From positions 35,962,001-36,026,000 of the forward strand of contig NW_024704743.1 in assembly GCF_018977255.1 (NCBI RefSeq): 64,000 nucleotides of DNA, read 5' to 3'. Under the pieces are notes generated by a model. The model saw only the letters and a list, made by a program, of their open reading frames with translations, ran no database searches and was not told the origin of the DNA. This DNA comes from Callorhinchus milii (Eukaryota). Positions 25,896 to 38,790 of this stretch are shown piece by piece; the first letter of the stretch is position 1, and every line of letters begins with the position of its first letter. The position numbers were made by a program, and so were the translations under genes.

Positions 25896-26149
25896 GGATG
25901 TTTCTCAAATAGGGCATCCAGCCCTTGGCAGCCAAAAGATTGGACCACTCTGCTTGAATCCAGCACAACAAGTGCTCCCCCACCCCACCCATTGCTGTCA
26001 ACTTGCAACCACCCAACTCTTAAGCAAGGCTCCATCACTAACACACTGACCAGTGTCATCATACACACACAAAAAGGGCTGATAGTTTAAAACAAGGTGG
26101 TCCAACCTTTTGGTTGCTGAGTGCTGGATGCCCTATTTGAGAGATGTCC
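25896..26149. repeat. Outward-facing pair of hAT-Charlie-like ends (57-bp inverted repeat)
   Basis: 25896-25952 vs 26093-26149, 47/57 as reverse complement. Confidence 0.7.
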
Positions 26150-27899
26150 ATGTAAGCTATATTTTTTTGTTTTTGTAATAAAGGTTGCTTTAAGGAATTT
26201 GGGGGGGAAATTACAACAGAATCAATCCATTGACATTGATATGGATAATATTATTCTAATTTTGCAAATGAAGGGAAAAGCAAATGCCACTTCTCAGATA
26301 ACCACAAGGAAATATCTTCACTTTGATAATTGAATGTTTTCTCCTTGAATGATGCATTACTGTCATTTGTGGCAGTTTGCCAGTCGACTGATGGAATCTT
26401 CTCAATTGCTTGCCCTGTGCTGCTATCTGTTTTCGACATAACACACAGTAAATTGACTTTAACGCTTTACCATGCTGGTTGTTCGCCCCAAGTACTTAAA
26501 TCAAAGCGGTGCAAGGACAAGTTACCCTTGCTATGTATGCACAGTTCTGAACCATTGAAGATGACCTACATTCACAATTCTTTCAGGATTAAGAACCTAA
26601 GAACATAAGAAATGTTAGATGAAAGATAGACCAAGGTAAATTTAGTTCACCTTCCACCTTCCTGGTGGTCGCATGCACATATGTCCCGAACCACCTAGGT
26701 ACATAATGTTATTTATGAAAAGAAAACTATCTAAACTGTGTTTGAAGAAATAAACACTTCTTGTTTCGGAGCCTGTTCCACAGGTTTACTATTTCAGGTT
26801 TTTTCTCAATAGGATTGTTACCAAGATTTCAACCCAAGCTAAAGAGATGGGATGAGATTCTTACTCTCTCTGAATGGGACAGGTTTGGCCAGGTTCAGTG
26901 TAGATTCTAATGGTATTGTTTTGTTGGCATGAAAAAATATTCCTAAAATGTAGCATTGTTCCTGGAGTTCCTTCATTTGACTAATGCAAGATAACACAGT
27001 TGAACTCCTAACAACATAGTTAATAAAAGGGTATGTGAGCCAATCATATTATTGCAGAGACTGGTGTGTAGGGGTGTGTAACTGAGTCCAAACAATTGCA
27101 CACATTATCGCTAATAAATTGGGGTGTCACAGAGTATTTAGCAGCTCTTAAGAAATGAACCCTGCTTCCCCTTATTTGCAAGCATGAATTCCAACACAGA
27201 TTAAGAGTTAGTTCCAACAATGTTTAGCCATTTTCTGTTTGCTATTAACTGATCCCCGAGAGCCAGTGAGAAATCCCTTTAATCACGAGTAGGATATCTA
27301 TAAATGTTTGGTACAAATGCTCACTGTTGTTACAAATTAGACCAGTTGAACATAATTTGTTTCTACAAATGCAATAAATTGTAATTAAGTCTCAGGGCAG
27401 CACACAAGCTTAGTTATTTGTACAAAGTCTTGTATATGATGTATGATAAAGGGGACATCTTCATACTAAATGAATAAACTTAACGTTAATGCCCATATGT
27501 AAATTATCTGACTGCAATGGACATTATTCTCAACAGCTCAAAAAGGAAATGTCTTGTCTTTGTATAATTAGATAGAACATCTTTCAGGTTGTATGTTTTG
27601 AGGTCATATAAAACAGATTAATTTCAATTGGTACAAATGAACTGAACTGGCATTTTGTGTAGTTTCAATAAATCAAACATGGAAGTAGCCCATTTTTCGA
27701 AGTTCTGCTCAATGGATATGTTGAATATTCATAGGCACATTTGAAAATCTGATGAATGAAGATAATTATTCATTTTTGTTAATATAACTCTTTTTAAACG
27801 AAACTATATTTAAAGCCTAACCTGAAATCACAACCTTTGGATGGCAATTCTGATCTATGTCACTGGGTAAAAATCGCAGCATTGGTGAGCTTGCCTGTT

Positions 27900-28850
27900 A
27901 ATGGTAATCCCATATTAAAAATAATAAAGACATAGAAAGGGCTCATCTGAACTAACAAAAAATGGCACGTGGAATGAAAATTGTCTTTAAAAAGTAACTG
28001 ATATCTTATAGAAAAAAATGAATGGGAGAAAAAAATTATGCTTTGTCCAATTTCCAAGAAAAATGAAAGAACAATGCCTAGATATGAACCGAATCTCAAC
28101 TGGTTGACTAATGGGGATCTCAAAAACGAAACGCAAGCTCTCCTAATATCAGCACTAGACCAATTTATTACCACTCCTCATTATGATAACATAAGATCTT
28201 AAAGAGAAACATTGATCCAAAATCCGAATATCTCATCAAACACCAGAAACATTACAAACAAGCCTATTGTCATCATGCCCAGCCCAAGCACAATCAGAGT
28301 ATCTAATTCCATATAACAATGCAGCTAAATATATTCACTGGATAATTTATAAACACTGATATTGATGTAAAGACCAACTGGTATGAACACCAGCCAGGAA
28401 AAGTGACATCGAAAAATAACATCACAAATACCTGGGACTCATAAGTACATCCAGATAGAAAAGTAATCTGTAACAAACCAGATATATCAGAGCCTTAGGA
28501 AGTCCTCCCGACGTGAAAGGCGCTATACAAATGTAATCTTGTTGTTGTTGTTGTATTATCATAAATCGATAGATTGTACACAAGGTATTATTGATATGGC
28601 TATCCCAAGTGATTACAATGTAAGAAATAAGGAACTAGAGAAGATTAGGAAACACTGGACATCGATCGACAAATTGAATGCAGACGCATGTGGCATATAA
28701 AACAAACGTAGTTCCTATAATTATCAGTGCAACTGGGGATGTTAATAAAACTATTTACAAATGGTTTGACAAAATACCCGGCGAACAAAATATCAACCTC
28801 CTGCAAAAGTATCTATTTTAAGAAGTTCAAACAAACTAAGAATAGTAACA
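27900..28850 (+). mobile_element. Fossil R4-clade (R4/Dong/Rex6-like) non-LTR retrotransposon, zinc-knuckle/RLE region
   Basis: Frameshifted translation: NWLTNGDLKNETQALLISALDQFITT; PETLQ..SSCPAQAQSEY..YNNAAKYIHW; WYEHQPGKV..WD..DRKVICNKPDI; IIDMAIPSDYNVRNKELEKIRK; RRMW; VVPIIISATG. Confidence 0.85.
28488..28553 (+). mobile_element. L2-A 3' tail inserted into the R4-like element
   Basis: gtcctcccgacgtgaaaggcgctatacaaatgtaatc(ttg)n interrupts the PDI codons; flanks tatatc/tattatc. Confidence 0.85.
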
Positions 28851-28859
28851 TCCATTCAT

Positions 28860-29250
28860 ATTAGAAGGTTGAGGAGTGATCTGATTGAGATTTTTAAAAT
28901 AATAAAGGGATTCAGTAGGGTAGATACAGAGAAACTATTTCCTCTGGTAGGGGAATCCAGAACAAGGGGGCATAGTCTTAAAATTAGAGCTAGGCCATTT
29001 AGGAGTGAAATTAGGAGGCAGTTTTTTACCACAGGGTAGTGGAAATCTGGAACTCTCTCCCCTAAAAGGCTATGGATCCATTCACATGTTGAAGACTTAG
29101 GTGGATATATATTTGTTAGGTCAGGATATCAAGGGACAAGAGGCCAGGATGGGTAATTCGAGTTGAGGTACAGATCAGCCATGATCTTATAAAATGGTGG
29201 AACAGGCTCGAGGGGCTGAAAGGCCTAAACCTGTTTCTATGTTTCTATGT
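28860..29250 (+). mobile_element. CR1 LINE 3' end
   Basis: RRLRSDLIEIFKIIKGFSRVDTEKLFPLVGESRTRGHSLKI..WNSLP; tail gtttctatgtttctatgt. Confidence 0.9.
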
Positions 29251-29599
29251 GTAACATTGCAGTGCTATTGGTCTGGCTGACCCATCACTGAAAAATACTT
29301 AGAAATTACTTATACAGAGTAATTTAAATTGTAATAACATAACAATACTACTACCTCTGCTATTAATAATAATACTTGTATTTGATACAGAGCCTTTCAT
29401 GTCCAAACAACGTCTCAGAATGGTTCACAGGATTAACTGTAAAGTGACTATGAATTTTGTAGACGAACAAGGCAGTCGATGTCTTATCATTCTGAACAGT
29501 TAATGAGTGTGGAATGGTTTCATTTTCATTGCAATCATTAGAGTGAGGAAGAATGTGTGATTGATCACATGTATTTGTAAATCCAGTGCGCCCAATTTT

Positions 29600-29972
29600 T
29601 TTTTCAAATTTTTTTCCTGACTGGCATATGCCTCTCTGCTCCTGGTCTGGCCTCCTGTTGACTGGCTGCCCTCCAATACCCCGTCCAAGTGGCCGATATG
29701 TGTGAGCCTTGGTAGTGAGTGTTGGCAGCCAATCAACTGTAGAGGGCGATATAGTCAAGCATGACCTCCACTCACCTGGCTGCCTGCCACACATATGGAT
29801 TAACGCTACAGAGAGACCAGGAGCATGAACTCTGGCAGATTTTCCCCTCTGGGACAGCCAGGTCCAGTTTAGTCTTCCCACGCAGCTCCAGCTCAAACTC
29901 ATTGCTGACCCGGATTTGAACCAGCGAGCTCCTGGACTGTTAGCTGCAGCTCTATCCACTTCACTATCGGGG
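29600..29972 (-). mobile_element. Ancient SINE-like family copy with tRNA-like head
   Basis: Reverse B-box ggttcaaatcc near 29910-29922; shared gctgccaacactcact..ggctcacaca motif. Confidence 0.55.
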
Positions 29973-30379
29973 CTGCGTTCAATTACACGTTGCCCTGAAA
30001 GGATTATCAGCAACTTGTGAATTTGAAGGAAGCTCACAGATAAGGCACAAAGCTAGTCAAAAAAAGTTATTAGTGTTATCAGACAGAACTTATTCATTGA
30101 TAAACTTCTTTCGCTGAGCAGAACATGAGCCGTTTGGCAGAAAGAGTACAGTCCTTAGTCGTTTTACCTACTTGCCTCATTCCTTCGGCTTTGGTTTCTG
30201 ATTTAATCTAAGCATAATGGACAATATCCAATATTTTAAAATCCTCATAACATCAGTACTATAAATCAGTTTGCTTTACTGCCACCAGCCCAAATACAGT
30301 GTCTCCAGCTGCTCAGAAAGTCTTAGAGCTTTGAAAGGAGGCCGAAGGCATCAGTGGAAGAATGACATTACAATAAAAC

Positions 30380-30766
30380 AATAATAATAATCCTTGCATT
30401 TGATATAGCGCCTTATCATGCCGTTGAGACGTCTCAAAGCCCTTCACAGAATATACTGTAAAGTGTAGTGACTGTGTATTTTGTGGCCAAACGCGGTAGC
30501 CAATTGTGCACAGCTGTGTCCCACAAATAGTCATGGGTTGAATGACCAAATTGTTATTTTCTTTATTTTTTGAAGGGATTATTACGCCCGGAAAGTGATC
30601 CGTCAATCAACTAACAAGCGGGTTGCTACTTACTGCTAGGTAAACAAGAGGCGTGTGTGTGGAGTAAGGAAACTTGCCTAAGGTTTCGCCCTGACCTGCC
30701 CGGGAATCAAACTCAGGTCCTTTCAATTGTGAATCGAGCGCGCTAACCACTACGCTACAGCACTCC
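30380..30766 (-). mobile_element. Young tRNA-headed SINE, long form, full length
   Basis: Head 30700-30766, central block, Deu block, (TTA)n tail. Confidence 0.9.
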
Positions 30767-31594
30767 ACATGCAGGAACCTTGCTTGATGGAGCCTCCTAC
30801 CCCAGCCTCCCATGCTCACTGTCTCCCCCTCCCACTCGCCCCAGCTGATGTTCTCCTCAGTGGAAGCCTCTAGGGTTTGAGTGACCAGTCCAGTGCCGAT
30901 AGTGAGATTCCCATCTCTCAGGGTGAAACTCTGGCCTTTTTGTGAAATACAATTTGGCAAAGTATAAGATTGCTTCATCAAATAGGATATGTATTTTTGT
31001 ATGTTTCCTCAGATAAGTACTATGCCCTTTGTCATTGCAAGACACAGAACGCTACTACTTACTGTGTTTCAGTAGTAAAATAATATAACCGTCAAATACT
31101 AATAATTTGCACTCATATGAAACACTTGAAGTATTTTAAACATTGATAAAGGAGATACCCACATTGTGATGTTTTCATTGCGTAGCATTTCAGTTTTCAC
31201 AGTTTGTACTCCACATACCGCAGCTCAGTCTCACAGCAGCAACTTGTCTCTGCCCAACTTTACTGGTTTACTCCAGAAAAGAAGAGACCCAAATTAACAA
31301 GTAAGAAGGCCGGTGAGTTGGGGAGTGGAACAGAGTTGCACAAATGTACATTATATACTTTGGTTTTGTATAAATCAGTTAAGAGTGTTTATTCCTTTAA
31401 TTAGACACAGTAACATTTCAATATATAGCCTACATTTTACACAAAATATATTAATAGTCTTCTGAAATGGTCTTATCCTTGGATAGGTGTGGAAATAATA
31501 CCCTCCTGTATGCTTAGTTTTAGAAAATATACATTGCATAGCTACAGTGGTGAAATTTGCAGCATTTCATAACGGGGGAATGCTTGACTGGCAC

Positions 31595-31886
31595 TATCCT
31601 CCAGCTCGTCCCTCGCACTCTCCGCCCCATCATCGGAGGTTGCACTTTCAGCCCCGAAACTCTGGAATACTCTCCCTCAATCTCTCTGCCTTGCCCCTTC
31701 TCTCCCCCTTTTCACGTCCCGCCTGAAAACCTTCCTCTTTGACACCCCCCACCCCCGGTTTGGAGTCAGGCTTCGCCACTGTTAAGCGCTCTGAGACAGT
31801 TAAGCGCTTTATAAATGCAAGTTGTTGCTGTTGTTGAGACGCTAGCCCCGTGGAGTGCGCTATATAAGTGCGAATTGTTGTTGTTG
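31595..31886 (+). mobile_element. L2 3' end followed by a second stand-alone L2 tail
   Basis: Two successive hairpin+(TTG)n tails at 31782-31835 and 31836-31886. Confidence 0.75.
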
Positions 31887-31954
31887 ACTGTGCATTTTGT
31901 AGGTGACACAACTGCTAAGGTGCAGTAACGATACAGTGATTTGCTTGGTTTATA

Positions 31955-32827
31955 GGTTGCGGATGACACACAACTCTATCTTTCTGCCTCCACCCTCAAC
32001 TCCAGGACCGCTGCTGTCCTGACAGACTGTCTGTCGGACATCAAGTCTTGGATGAGGGCAAATTTCCTACAGTTGAATGTGAACAAGACTGAGGCCCTCC
32101 TGATTGGCTCGCGCCAGCGCCTCAGCACCTCAGGCTCTGGCAGCATCAACCGCCACGGTTGCACATTTCAACTCACCAGCCAGTCAGGAACCTCGGTGTC
32201 TTGTTCGACCCTCAACTATCTTTTCTTCCCCACATTCAAGCCATGACCTGCTCTGCCTTCCCTCACCTCCGTAACATCACCCGACTCCGCCACTACCTCA
32301 CCCCTCAGGCCTCTGAAACTCTTGTTCATACCTTCATCACCTCCAGCTCGACTATGCAAAGGCCCTGCTTATTGGTTTTCCCAACTCCTCTCTCCACAGG
32401 CTGCAGATAATCCAGAACTCTGCAGCCCATGTCTTCTCCCGCACCAAACTCCGTGACCCCATCTCCCCATTTTCGCCTGACTCCATTGGCTCCCTATCCT
32501 TCAGAGGATCCAGTTCAAGATCCTGGTCCTCACCTACAAAGCCCTCCATGGCCTCGCCCCACCCTACCTCTGCGACCTCCTAACACCCTACCAACCCGCC
32601 CGTGCCCTCTGCTCAGCCGGCTCTGGCTTGCTCCACGTCCACCGACCCACCGCCCCACCATTGGCAGGAGAGCCTTCAGCCACTCTGCCCCCAACTTCTG
32701 GAATTCCATCCCCCAGTCACACCGCCTCGCCCCCTCCTTAGCCTCCTTCAAGTCCCGCCTCAAGACTCTCCTCTTCGACCATGCTATCGGCCACCCCCCT
32801 TCCCCCCCCCTCCCTTCTCCCCCCCTT
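31955..32827 (+). mobile_element. L2 ORF2 fragment starting at the RT ADD motif
   Basis: gcggatgacacacaactctat = ADDTQLY; WMRANFLQLNVNKTE; VRNLGVLFDPQLSF. Confidence 0.95.
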
Positions 32828-33289
32828 TCAAAATGCTTTCCTGTAGATCTTAAAACAACCTACAGAAAAATTATTCAAAATTTAGGTTGAATAAAAATTG
32901 TCCAAGATTTGCGTATTCAAAATGCTAAGAATCAAGTCTAAAACTAGACAGGCAGAATTTCTACCTCCTGATACTTAAATATCAGACTTAAATAAGGTGA
33001 AAGATGAGCATCCAATGTACCAACTTAAGAATGCTTTGAGAAGTCTCCAAAATTTGAAAGACAGTATATCAAATGCAAGTATTATTATTTTTATTATTCC
33101 CGAGAAAATGATGGACAGCGAGTGAGTGCAATGTGTACTTGCTGCAATCTCCAAAAGCACCATATATGCAACTGGTAATTGGATGTGTCATTTAATTAAT
33201 GCACTATGTACTTGATTCATTTATGATTTTGGCTAAAGGCAAGGAATATTTTACTTAAAATATTAAGTAAATATAATACTTAATACAGG

Positions 33290-33897
33290 CGACCACCTGC
33301 TCCCTTGACTCCATCCCTACCCCTCTCCTTACCTCCCAGCTCCACCTCCTTGCCCCTCTACTCACAGACATCATAAACCTCTTCTTGTCCACTGGTACTG
33401 TTCCCACCCCATTAAAAATGGCTGTCATCATTCCTATCCTTAAAAAACCTTCCCTGGACCCATCACTGCTCTTAAACTACTGCCCATCTCCAACCTCCCT
33501 TTCCTCTTCAAGGTCCTGGAACAAGTTATTGCTTCCCAGCTTCGCTCCTTCCTCTCCCGCCACTCCCTTCACGAACTCATCTAATCACATTTCCGTGCCT
33601 CTCACAGCACAGAAACAGCCCTGGTCAAAGTGACAACTGACATTCTGTTCATCTGCTTCCAGAGCTCCCTCTGCCTCCTCCTCCTCCTCCTTGACCGCTA
33701 CTGCTGTTTTATGCTGTTTTATGCCTCAAGACCCTCCTCTTCGACCATGCCATCGGCCACACCCCTTCTCCTCCCCTCCCTTCTCCCCCCCAGACCCCAG
33801 CTCGGGTCTGAAATGCTGAATACTGTCCAGCGCCTTGGGATGTCTTCCTGATGTGAAAGGTGCTATACAAATGTAATCTTGTTGTTGTTGTTGTTGT
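33290..33897 (+). mobile_element. L2 RT 5' fragment joined to an L2-A 3' end
   Basis: TTCSLDSIPT..STGTVP..LKKPSLDP..HSTETALVKV, then tail at 33722-33897. Confidence 0.9.
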
Positions 33898-34092
33898 TTC
33901 ATTCAGTTTTATTCTCAGCAGAATGAGGGATGCTCTGCAAACACACTCCAGCACCAGGAGTATAACAACAACTATATACATTTATAATGCACACTTCACA
34001 TGAAGTAGCATTTTGGAGCTTGGAGTTGGGGTGGGGGCACGGTGAAAATTTTAAGTCCTGTAGTCATACCTGCTGAAGACATTCTGAGCTCT

Positions 34093-34915
34093 TTGACTCC
34101 AGGACCACTGCTGTCCTGACAGAATGTCTGTCAGACATCAAGTCCTGGATGAGAGCTAACTTTCTACAGTTGAATGTCAACAAGACTGAGGCTCTCCTGA
34201 TTGGCTCCCGTCAGCGCCTCTACTCCTCAGGCGCTGACAGCATCACCATCCATGGTTGCACACTCCACCTTACTAAGCCAGTCCGGAACCTTGGGGTTTG
34301 TTTGACCTTCAACTATCCTTTCTACCCCACATCTGTGCATAACCCGCTCGGCCTTCCCCCATCTCTGCAACATCACCCGGCTCCTCCACTGTCTCACACG
34401 CAGGCCGCCGAAACCCTCATACACGCTTTCGTTACATCATCCAGAACTTTGCAGCCCCTGTTCTCTCCCTCAACGGCTCCGTGACTCAATCAACCCCATC
34501 CTCGTCTGACTCCACTGGCTTCCCATTACACAGAGGATACAGTTCAAGATCCTGGTCCTCAACTTCAAAGCCCTCCATGGTCTTGCTCCCCCCTACCTCT
34601 AAGACCTCCTAACCCCCTACCACCCTGCCCGCTGTTTCCGCTCAGAGGGCTCCGGTCTGCTTCACCTTTGGCGGACGGGCCTTCTGCCACTTTTCCCCAC
34701 CCTCTGGAACTCCATCCCGCAGTCCCTCTGCCTCACCCCCTCCCTTGCCTCCTTCAAGACCCATCTTAAGATCCTCCTTTTCGACCATGCTTTCGATCAC
34801 CCTGCTTCCTCCCCTGCTCTCCAATCTCCCCAAATCCAACCCCCAGCTCGGGTTCGATACTCTGACTGTCCAGGGCTTTGGGACGTCCTCCTGATGTGAA
34901 AGGCGCTATACAAAG
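34093..34915 (+). mobile_element. L2 3' fragment (subfamily A)
   Basis: CLSDIKSWMRANFLQLNVNKTEALLIG...; 3' hairpin. Confidence 0.92.
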
Positions 34916-34924
34916 TGAATTATT

Positions 34925-35082
34925 AACCCACCAATCGACTAAAAACCAGCTTCCTACTTACTGCTAGGTAAACAGAAGCATGTTAAATCAGGAAACTTGG
35001 TCAACATTTTGCTGTGCCGGGAATCGAGCCGGGGTCTCTCACTTGCGAGACAAGTGCTCTAACCACTGAGCTACAGGAATCC
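34925..35082 (-). mobile_element. Young SINE 5' half
   Basis: Reverse of gtagctcagtggttagagcacttgtctcgcaagtgagag. Confidence 0.85.
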
Positions 35083-35181
35083 ACTTTTACTAAAAAATAT
35101 TTTGGGGGAGGTTGAAAATTAAAGTATTGTACAGTATTAGGAAATAGATTTGTCATTAAAAATATATTTCACCCGATGGAT

Positions 35182-36090
35182 AACAACTTTTTTGATTTAT
35201 AGAGCACCCTCCACACCGGATGGCGTCTCAGAGCGCTTCACAGTAACGTATCCCGGGCCCGAGCCAGGGGGAGGGGGAGGAAGGTGACCAAAGGCGCAGT
35301 CAAAAAGAAAGGTCTTCAGCAGAGACCTGAAAGTAGGAAGAGAGGGGTTGAGGCGAAGGGAGTAAGGAAGGGTGTTCCAGAGCCTCGGGACATAGTGGCT
35401 GGGCATGGCTGCCAAGGGTGGAGCGGAGATTTGGGGGACGAGGAGGAGGCCAGACCTGGAGAAACGAAGGCAACAGGCACTGTTTTGAGGAGAGGGGAGG
35501 TCAGAGAGGTAGGGGGGTGCGGAGGAGTGGAGGAATTTGAAGACAAGGGTGAGGATCTTGAAATCGATCCTCTCTGGGACAGGCAACCAGTGCAGTCTGG
35601 CAAGGACTGGGGTGATTGGGGAGCGGAGTTTGGTGCGGATGAGAATGCGGGCGGCAGAGTTTTGAATTATCTGGATTTTATGGATGTCAGTGGAGGGGAG
35701 GCCGGCGAGGAGGGCGTTAGAATAGTCCAGCCGAAAGGTGACAAAGGCATGGACCAGGGTTTCAGCGGCTTTTGGAGTGAGGTATTGGCGGACACGGGCG
35801 ATGTGTTGGAGGTGGAAGAAAGCGGTGCTGGTGAGGGACCAGATGTGGGAGAGGAAGGATAATTGGGGGTCGAACCTGATGCCTAGGTTGCGTACGGGTT
35901 CAGAGAGTTTTAGTGGGAGGTCGGGTAGGTGGAGGAGGTGAGAACTGTGAGAGTTTAGATGTTGACGAGAGCCAAAGAGTATGGCTTCCGTCTTGTCAAT
36001 GTTCAGCTGAAGGAAATTTGCGCTCATCCAGCCCCTCAGGTCTGACAGGCAGACTGACAGAACATCAGGGGACTGGGGGTCGCAAAGAGA
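35182..36090 (-). mobile_element. L2 LINE 3' ~0.9 kb (subfamily B), ORF2 C-terminus still open
   Basis: ORF 35197-36192: CLSDLRGWMSANFLQLNIDKTE..VRNLG..RLDYSNALLAGLP..QNSAAR..LHWLPV..FKIL..APPYLSDL..LKTFLF. Confidence 0.95.
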
Positions 36091-36669
36091 GGTATTGTAA
36101 AGAAAGGATAACTGCACCACAAAATGCAGTGCTGAGGGATAAAGATTTGTATTCCATCCATGGCCTACACTGTGTTTGCTGATTTCAACCACGACTGTGG
36201 TGGAGGTGCGATACAGTCAAAGGCTTATATTTGTACACCGAATAACTGTGTCACCTCAACCACAATGTGCATGACAAAACTGACACCACATTTTTGCAGC
36301 AAAATTTTTTTAATGAGCATGTGTCTTCTTAACATATTCACATTTTAATGTCAACTGCAGAATTTATTTTTGCATGTATACCGGTTTAAACTGCAGTGTG
36401 AGTTTTTTAAAAAAATGTGTACATTCACAGAAATCTTATTTAATAGATGCAAGAGAGATGTGTGTGTGTGGGGAGGGTGAGACAGAGAGAAAGGCTGGTG
36501 GTCTGTCTCTCTGTTGCAGAACAGATCAATTTCAAGATCTTCATTCTCACTTTTAAATTGCTTCCTTCCCTGGCACCTCCCTACCTCTCCACCTTCGCTG
36601 AGCTGACTCGGATCTTCTGTAAGACTCTTGTCCGCTCCACCATTTGCCATGCTTTCATTCACTATGCTT

Positions 36670-37090
36670 AATAATAATTATCCTTGCATCCTTGCTCCTT
36701 ATCACACGTCGTTGTGACATCTCAAAGTGCTTCATGGGATGTACTTTGAAGTGGATTGACTGTGTATTTTCTGGGTGAAATGCAGCAGGCAGTTTGCACA
36801 CAGCAATGTCCCACAAACAGACATGGGGTGAGTGACTAATTTTATTTGGGGGATTTGTTGGCCAGGTCGCCAGTAGAAACTCTCTTCTCTTAACGTCCAC
36901 CTAAACAGGCAGATGGGACCTCAGTTTAATAATCGCATCTGAAGAATGGCACCTCTGACATTGCAACACATCTTCAGGACTGCATTAGAGTGTCAGCTTA
37001 ATCTATGTGATTCCAAGCCCTGACATGGAGGTTGAACTGACAACCTTCTGGTTCAGCGATGAGAGTGCTACCAACTGAGTCAGTATGACT
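36670..37090 (-). mobile_element. SacSINE1-like Deu SINE, near full length
   Basis: Head 37025-37085, Deu core 36860-36960, tail 36670-36740. Confidence 0.8.
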
Positions 37091-37707
37091 ATGCCCAAAT
37101 CTCTGGAACTCCCAGTCCCAATCCCTCCGTCTTGCTCCCTCTTTACCAGTTTTCAAATCACAACTGAAGACTTTCCTCTTCCATTGTGCCTTTAGTCACT
37201 TTCCTTCTCTTTACATCTCGGCATCAAGCCATATCCCTATTTAGCGCTCCAAGACACTACCCACATGAAGGGTGCTATATAAATGCTATATAATTTGTTG
37301 CTGTTGTGGCAGTCTGTGTGGGGAAAAGGCTGGTATTTTGAAAGGAGAGAGAATGTCTGGCACCAAGGGTGAGACAATTTTGAAGTAGACTGACTCTGTG
37401 TTTTCTGGTTTAAAAATGCAGCAGCCAGTTTGCACACAGCAATGTCCCATAATCAGAAATGGAATGAATGAACCTTTTCCAGCTCTTTCCATATTAGGAG
37501 GACGTCTCAAAGCACTTCACACAGATGATGGGGAGCCTGAGCTGGGGATTGGGGGGTGGTGGGGAATTGGTGGGTAAGAGATGCAGTCAATACTTATATT
37601 ATATAAGATATAAAGTAATGAAGCTTCTTTTTGATTAGATGACAACGATACTCAGTTAAGTAGCTGCAATGGACAGGAGCCCATGATTAAAAGTTACTGA
37701 GTATCCT

Positions 37708-37827
37708 ACCATATGTCACTGTTCTTGCTCAGTTTGTTGCTGAACTCAAGACAGGGCAAATTTGGCCAGGGACACAATACCTCTTCTGGAGACTGTCCCT
37801 GGAAATCGGGGACGTATGGTCACCCTA
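37708..37827. mobile_element. Short hAT-Blackjack-like (MER81/MER94-type) relic
   Basis: Right end ggacgtatggtcacccta; left remnant accatatgtc; tcctac on both flanks. Confidence 0.5.
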
Positions 37828-38569
37828 TCCTACATTCTCTGTTAATGACCCAGTCGCAAGACAAAAGCCTCAGAACATGCTAGATGTGATATTTTTATGG
37901 TGAGAATTCAAGCAATGTGATATCTTTCTGCTTGTTTGTGGTGAGATTGCAGTAATGCACACTCAGCGAATAATTCCTTCCAGGGGACCAATTGTCTTTA
38001 CTGCTGGGCAGCTGCTTGACAGGATTTGTTTTGCTTCTTCTAAACAGAATTTATAGGCACATTAAGATGCTTGTTACATGCACTATAGGCATTTTGTAAC
38101 ATGCTTATAAAACAAATTGGGCGGAGAATTAAATTTGGATGTTTTCAACTTTTCCTGCCAGTTACAGTTGCCAGTTTTGCCCTAGTTTCTCCCCTCCTCT
38201 CCACAGTGTGCTGACCCATTTCCCGCTTGCTATAGTTTGTTCCTGATCTTCAAATCCCTTCACGATCTTGCACTTCCCGACCTCTGCAATCTGCTCCTGT
38301 CCCGTTCCCCTGCCCATACCCGTCATTCTTCTAACTCTGCTTTGCTGCATGATCCTCACTCCTTCCTTCCCACTATTGTTGCCCAAGTTCAGGCACTAGA
38401 CCCCTGCTCTTTGGAACTTCTCATAAATCCCTTCACCTGCTCCCCATCCTCCCTTATTTACAAAGCTCTCTAGAAATATGTATCTTTTTGACAATACGTT
38501 TGGTCATCAGGCTTGAATTCCCCTTGTATTTCTCTCTGCTCAGTGATTCCCACTGACTCTGTGAACCTT

Positions 38570-38790
38570 TATAATAATAATAATCATATAATAATCCTTG
38601 CATTTGATATAGCGCTCTATCACATCTTCGAGACATCTCAAAAGTGCTACACAGGATATACTGTAAAGTGTAGTGACTGTGTAATTTGTGGGTGAAACGT
38701 GGCAGACAATTGCACACAGCAATGTCCCACAAACAGTCGTGGATTGAGTGACTAAATTAGTATTTTTTTAATCCGTCAATCGACTACAAC
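38570..38790 (-). mobile_element. Young SINE 3' part
   Basis: Reverse Deu block and tail. Confidence 0.85.

Noticed and set aside
29363..30037. 224-aa minus-strand ORF
   Set aside because: It spans SINE-like repeats and ends in a SINE tail; no recognisable domain.
30780..30940. Possible LF-SINE fragment
   Set aside because: Only a ~15-nt resemblance; too weak to support.
35197..36192. 331-aa ORF as a host gene
   Set aside because: It is the C-terminal part of L2 ORF2; the first ~35 codons are flanking DNA that happens to be in frame.
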